Made by a program: the position numbers and the translations under genes | Assembly (NCBI GenBank): GCA_002684655.1 | Contig: NYVR01000091.1 | Location: 1,452-65,451 of the forward strand | DNA: 64,000 nt | Direction of reading: 5' to 3' | From: Planctomycetota bacterium | GTDB lineage: Bacteria > Planctomycetota > UBA1135 > UBA2386 | Notes under the pieces: generated by a model | The model's input: only the letters and a program-made list of their open reading frames with translations | Database searches by the model: none | What the model was told of the DNA's origin: nothing | Shown here: positions 60,826 through 64,000 of the stretch, piece by piece | Numbering within the stretch: the first letter of the stretch is position 1 | How the letters are laid out: every line of letters begins with the position of its first letter

Positions 60826-61734
60826 TCAGTGGAGCGCGGCGGCGATCGGCGCGGCCACCGCGCGCACCTTGTCGCCGCGCGGGTGCAGCTCGACGAACGG
60901 CACGAACGCGTCGAGCAATAGGTCGCGACGCACCTCGAAGCAGAGGGTCTGGCCGGGGAACCGCGCCGCGAGCACGTACGCCAGCGTCGACTCGTGCAGG
61001 TGGTAGCTGTCGTTCCGCGCGACCTCGACCCCGGCCGCGCGAAAGCCCTGCTCGACCGAGGCCGCGAGTTCGGGGGCCGCGAGCTCGCAGCCGGCGCCGT
61101 CGTGCGTGATCAGGTCGACCTCCGGGCGCAGCGGCCACGACTCGATCGCGCCCGGCGCGTAGGCGTCCCGCAGGGTGCGGCCGATGTCCTCGTCGACCGC
61201 CACCGAGAGGCTGCGCGGCGCGTAGGTGTGCACAAAGAGCCCGGCCCCGCCCGCAGAGCAGACGGCCGCGAAGGCCGCCTCCACGACCTCGCGATACGCG
61301 AAATAGCGCGCTAAGAGCAGCGCGCGATCTGCCGGGTGCTGCACCCACGGGGGCAGACCAGGCGTCATCTCGCCGGCTTTGGACGCCGCCGCGACGGCGT
61401 CTCGCGCGACGTCGCGGTTGGTGTCGCAGAACGTGCGCGGCAGCTCGCAGCGAACCACCACGGCCGTTCGATCCGGCCGCGCCGCGACGACCGCGCGCGC
61501 GATCGCCTGCGCGACCTCCGGCGCGCCGACGTCCGTGTTGACCAAGAAGAAGTCGCGCAAGCCGTCGTCGTAGTCCCCCTGCAGCTCTTCACGGAGCGCG
61601 TCGAAGTGCTGCGCCTGGGTCGCGCCGTGCGGCACCTCGAGCAGCAGGTCAGGCGGAGCGTTGGGCTCTGCGGCCGCGCCTCGCACCCACTGCACTTCGC
61701 ACACGCGCTCGATCGATCGGACGGCTTGCATCAT
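60826..61734 (-). CDS. N-formylglutamate amidohydrolase-like protein
   Basis: LEVPHG, TD, RTFCDTNR, VHTY, N..Y, FEVRRDL follow the HutG-like pattern. Confidence 0.65.
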   Translation of the reverse strand: MMQAVRSIERVCEVQWVRGAAAEPNAPPDLLLEVPHGATQAQHFDALREELQGDYDDGLRDFFLVNTDVGAPEVAQAIARAVVAARPDRTAVVVRCELPRTFCDTNRDVARDAVAAASKAGEMTPGLPPWVQHPADRALLLARYFAYREVVEAAFAAVCSAGGAGLFVHTYAPRSLSVAVDEDIGRTLRDAYAPGAIESWPLRPEVDLITHDGAGCELAAPELAASVEQGFRAAGVEVARNDSYHLHESTLAYVLAARFPGQTLCFEVRRDLLLDAFVPFVELHPRGDKVRAVAAPIAAALH

Positions 61735-61752
61735 GACGTCGCCTCGGCGCGA

Positions 61753-63675
61753 TCAGCGCGGCGCCTCCCGAGCGGTGACCACAGCGTCGGGCACGAGGTC
61801 TACCGCGCCGCTGCGCGCGCCTCCCCACGACAAGCCGACGCGACGGCGGACGCCCGGGATCTGCGCGAACGGGACCTCGACGCCGCCGTCGGCGTCGGTG
61901 CGCAGCGTGCGCCACGGCAGCGTGTTGGCGACCTGATACGCGCGCTGCAAGATCGAGCGAACGGGGTCGCGGGTCCCTTGGATCGACGCAGGACGCGGCT
62001 GCACCCGCGCCCCGACGACCGGCGCGCCGCGCGCGTCCAAGAGCGTCACCGTCGTCCGCGCCAGCGGGTCGAGCTGCAGGTTCGTTCGCGCGCCGGGCCC
62101 GGCGACCTCGACGACCCGGTAACCAAAGCCTTCTGCCGTCAGCACGGAGACGAGCCACTCGCCGGCGACGACGCGGACGGACGCGCTGCCGCGCGGGTCG
62201 AGCGGGATCCGCATCGGGACGTCGAGGAGACGTCCAGACGCAGCGCCGACACCAAACAGGAGCGCGACCGCGCCGCGCGCGGGCAGGCCGTTTGGGTCGA
62301 GCACCTGCAGCGCGAGGTCGCAGCCGCCGACCGCCGAGCGCTCCTCGTCCAAAGCGCGGACCGCAGCGGGCAGCGCTCGCCCCGCTTCCGGAGCGAAGAG
62401 CACCGGGCGCCAGCGCGCGCCCTCAGGCGGCACGAACGACAGCCGGCACGAGTCGACGCGGTGCGGGACGTCGACGAAGGCGAACGAACCGTCGGCGCGC
62501 ACCTCAGCGGTGAAGGTGAGCGCGTGCGACGCGGACGAACCTTCGCGGGAGATGAAGCGCTTGTCGACCACCGAGAGGTGCGCGACGGTCCCGGCGGGTG
62601 CGCCCGCGACCGCGCCGCGGAGCGGCTCGACGAGGGCGCAGGTGAAGGGCAGCTCGTCGCCAGCGAGCCGCTCGACGGGGCGGTTGTCGACCGCGACGCG
62701 CCGCCACCACGCCCCGCCGAAGACCGGCGGGCGGTCGCCGGCGTCGACCGCAAGCACGAGCCACGCGTCCGGCGTCCGCAGCGGATCGCCCTCGTACGGG
62801 ACCACGACCTCACACCGGCCGCGCGCGTCCGTGACCCCCAGCCGCCGAACCCGCTCGGGTTCGACGCCGCGCAGCCCGTCGACGCACCCGAAGAGCGAGT
62901 GCGAGACCACGTGGGTGACCGCCGCGCCGGACAAAGGCCGGCCCGCGCCGTCGCGCGCGCGCACGACGACGCGCTGCGGCGGCGGCAGCTGCAGGACCTG
63001 ATCCATCGCCGCGCTCCACAGCGGCTGTCCGTCCGCGAGCCGCGCCTCGAAGATCAGGTAGGGCGGGCCGGGCAGCTCGAAGCGACCGTCGTCGCCGAGC
63101 CTCAGCTCGATCTCGGCGCCCGGCGACTGGCTCATCGCAAAGCAGCGCAGCGGGCCGCGGTCGCGCCAAGCGTCCGCGCCGAGCAGCCTCCCCCGCTCGA
63201 TCGCTGCGGGCGCCTCGCAGCGCAGCTCGAGGCTCGCCCCCGCCGCGAAGAAGCCGACGGTCGGCGCGCAGCAGCGCCGACCTTCAACGGCCGGTCCGCG
63301 CGCCCACGCGACGTAGCAGAGCCCAGGCCGCAGCCGCGCCAGCGCGCGACCGCGCGCGTCGGTCCGGAGCTCGACGAGGTGATCCTGCCGCAGCGAAGGA
63401 GACAGGTGCGGCTTCGACCCGAGGATCGTGACCGCGGCGTCGGCGACCGGTCGACCGGCCGCGTCGAGCACCGCGCACGGCGTCGGCTGGAGCCGCTGCG
63501 ACGTCGCGGGCGACGCAAGCGAGGCGCTCAGGAGGAGCGCGGCCCAGCGACAGTGGGCGAGGTTTGTTGCGGGCGTGCTCAAGAGCTGCACCAAGGTAGC
63601 TCCCGCGCCCGGCGGCGACAGGGGCCATCGCCGCCGAATCGTCGCGGCGCCGGCGCCGCGACGCGCCGGTCGCAT
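61753..63675 (-). CDS. Exported protein with repeated carboxypeptidase-regulatory-like beta domains
   Basis: Repeated VLD.AG.PV.(D/G)A.V and TDARG motifs; signal-like WAALLLSASLASPA. Start is uncertain. Confidence 0.7.
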   Translation of the reverse strand: MRPARRGAGAATIRRRWPLSPPGAGATLVQLLSTPATNLAHCRWAALLLSASLASPATSQRLQPTPCAVLDAAGRPVADAAVTILGSKPHLSPSLRQDHLVELRTDARGRALARLRPGLCYVAWARGPAVEGRRCCAPTVGFFAAGASLELRCEAPAAIERGRLLGADAWRDRGPLRCFAMSQSPGAEIELRLGDDGRFELPGPPYLIFEARLADGQPLWSAAMDQVLQLPPPQRVVVRARDGAGRPLSGAAVTHVVSHSLFGCVDGLRGVEPERVRRLGVTDARGRCEVVVPYEGDPLRTPDAWLVLAVDAGDRPPVFGGAWWRRVAVDNRPVERLAGDELPFTCALVEPLRGAVAGAPAGTVAHLSVVDKRFISREGSSASHALTFTAEVRADGSFAFVDVPHRVDSCRLSFVPPEGARWRPVLFAPEAGRALPAAVRALDEERSAVGGCDLALQVLDPNGLPARGAVALLFGVGAASGRLLDVPMRIPLDPRGSASVRVVAGEWLVSVLTAEGFGYRVVEVAGPGARTNLQLDPLARTTVTLLDARGAPVVGARVQPRPASIQGTRDPVRSILQRAYQVANTLPWRTLRTDADGGVEVPFAQIPGVRRRVGLSWGGARSGAVDLVPDAVVTAREAPR

Positions 63676-63723
63676 CGAGGTTTGCGGCTTCAGCCGCAGC
63701 GCCCGGCAGCCGATGAAGCCTGT

Positions 63724-64000
63724 ATGCCGACGCGAACGCTGCCGCTGCTGCTGATCCTGCTCGCGGGGTGCGCCCACGACGAGGGTCCGGGCCGCGCGAA
63801 GAGCGCCTTCGCGTCGTTCCAGCGCGCGCTGCAGCGGGGCGACGGGCCCGCGTGCCGCGCGCTGCTGACGCGCGAGTCGCAGCCGGTCGTCGCCGAGCTT
63901 CCGTGGGAGGACCTCGCGGCGCGCGCGCCGCTGGAGATCGTCGGCGCGCGCCGCGTCCGCGACAACGCCGAGGAGTACCACGTCGACGTCCTCGACCCCA
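63724..64000 (+). CDS. Hypothetical lipoprotein (3'-truncated by window edge)
   Basis: MPTRTLPLLLILLAGC lipobox; frame stays open to the end of the window. Confidence 0.7.
   Translation, partial: MPTRTLPLLLILLAGCAHDEGPGRAKSAFASFQRALQRGDGPACRALLTRESQPVVAELPWEDLAARAPLEIVGARRVRDNAEEYHVDVLDP

Noticed and set aside
60728-61348. N-terminal extension of the GNAT ORF to 381 aa
   Set aside because: Overlaps the amidohydrolase gene in another frame and is Arg-rich noise; the GNAT domain starts at ATG 60727.

Overview
High-GC bacterial window with dense coding. Gene content (sulfatases, MoxR/VWA cluster, ECF sigma, giant exported proteins, carboxypeptidase-regulatory-like proteins) suggests Planctomycetota; this is an inference. 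Housekeeping genes include tsaD, larB, carA, carB, proS, transaldolase, aat, ribBA, pepE, hflKC, ogt, pepP and rarA. A ~17 kb minus-strand run goes from ribBA through an ECF sigma/anti-sigma pair, a GspL/GspM (PilMNO)-like pair, a coiled-coil protein with a RelE-like tail and aat, into a MoxR-DUF58-VWA-VWA operon. The main hidden signal is three genes that the ORF track splits, truncates or misses because an in-frame TGA sits at the first position of a U-x-x-C motif and is followed by a stem-loop. They are an exported thioredoxin (WUGWC), an HMA-domain lipoprotein (DUNGC) and a helical/TPR-like protein closing the MoxR-VWA operon (EUAGC). All three are candidate exported selenoproteins; the last is not a selenoprotein family I recognise. 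Also noted: a C9 tract that frameshifts the 5' end of a priming glycosyltransferase, and a near-consensus sigma54 promoter. I saw no rRNA, tRNA, CRISPR array or transposase.
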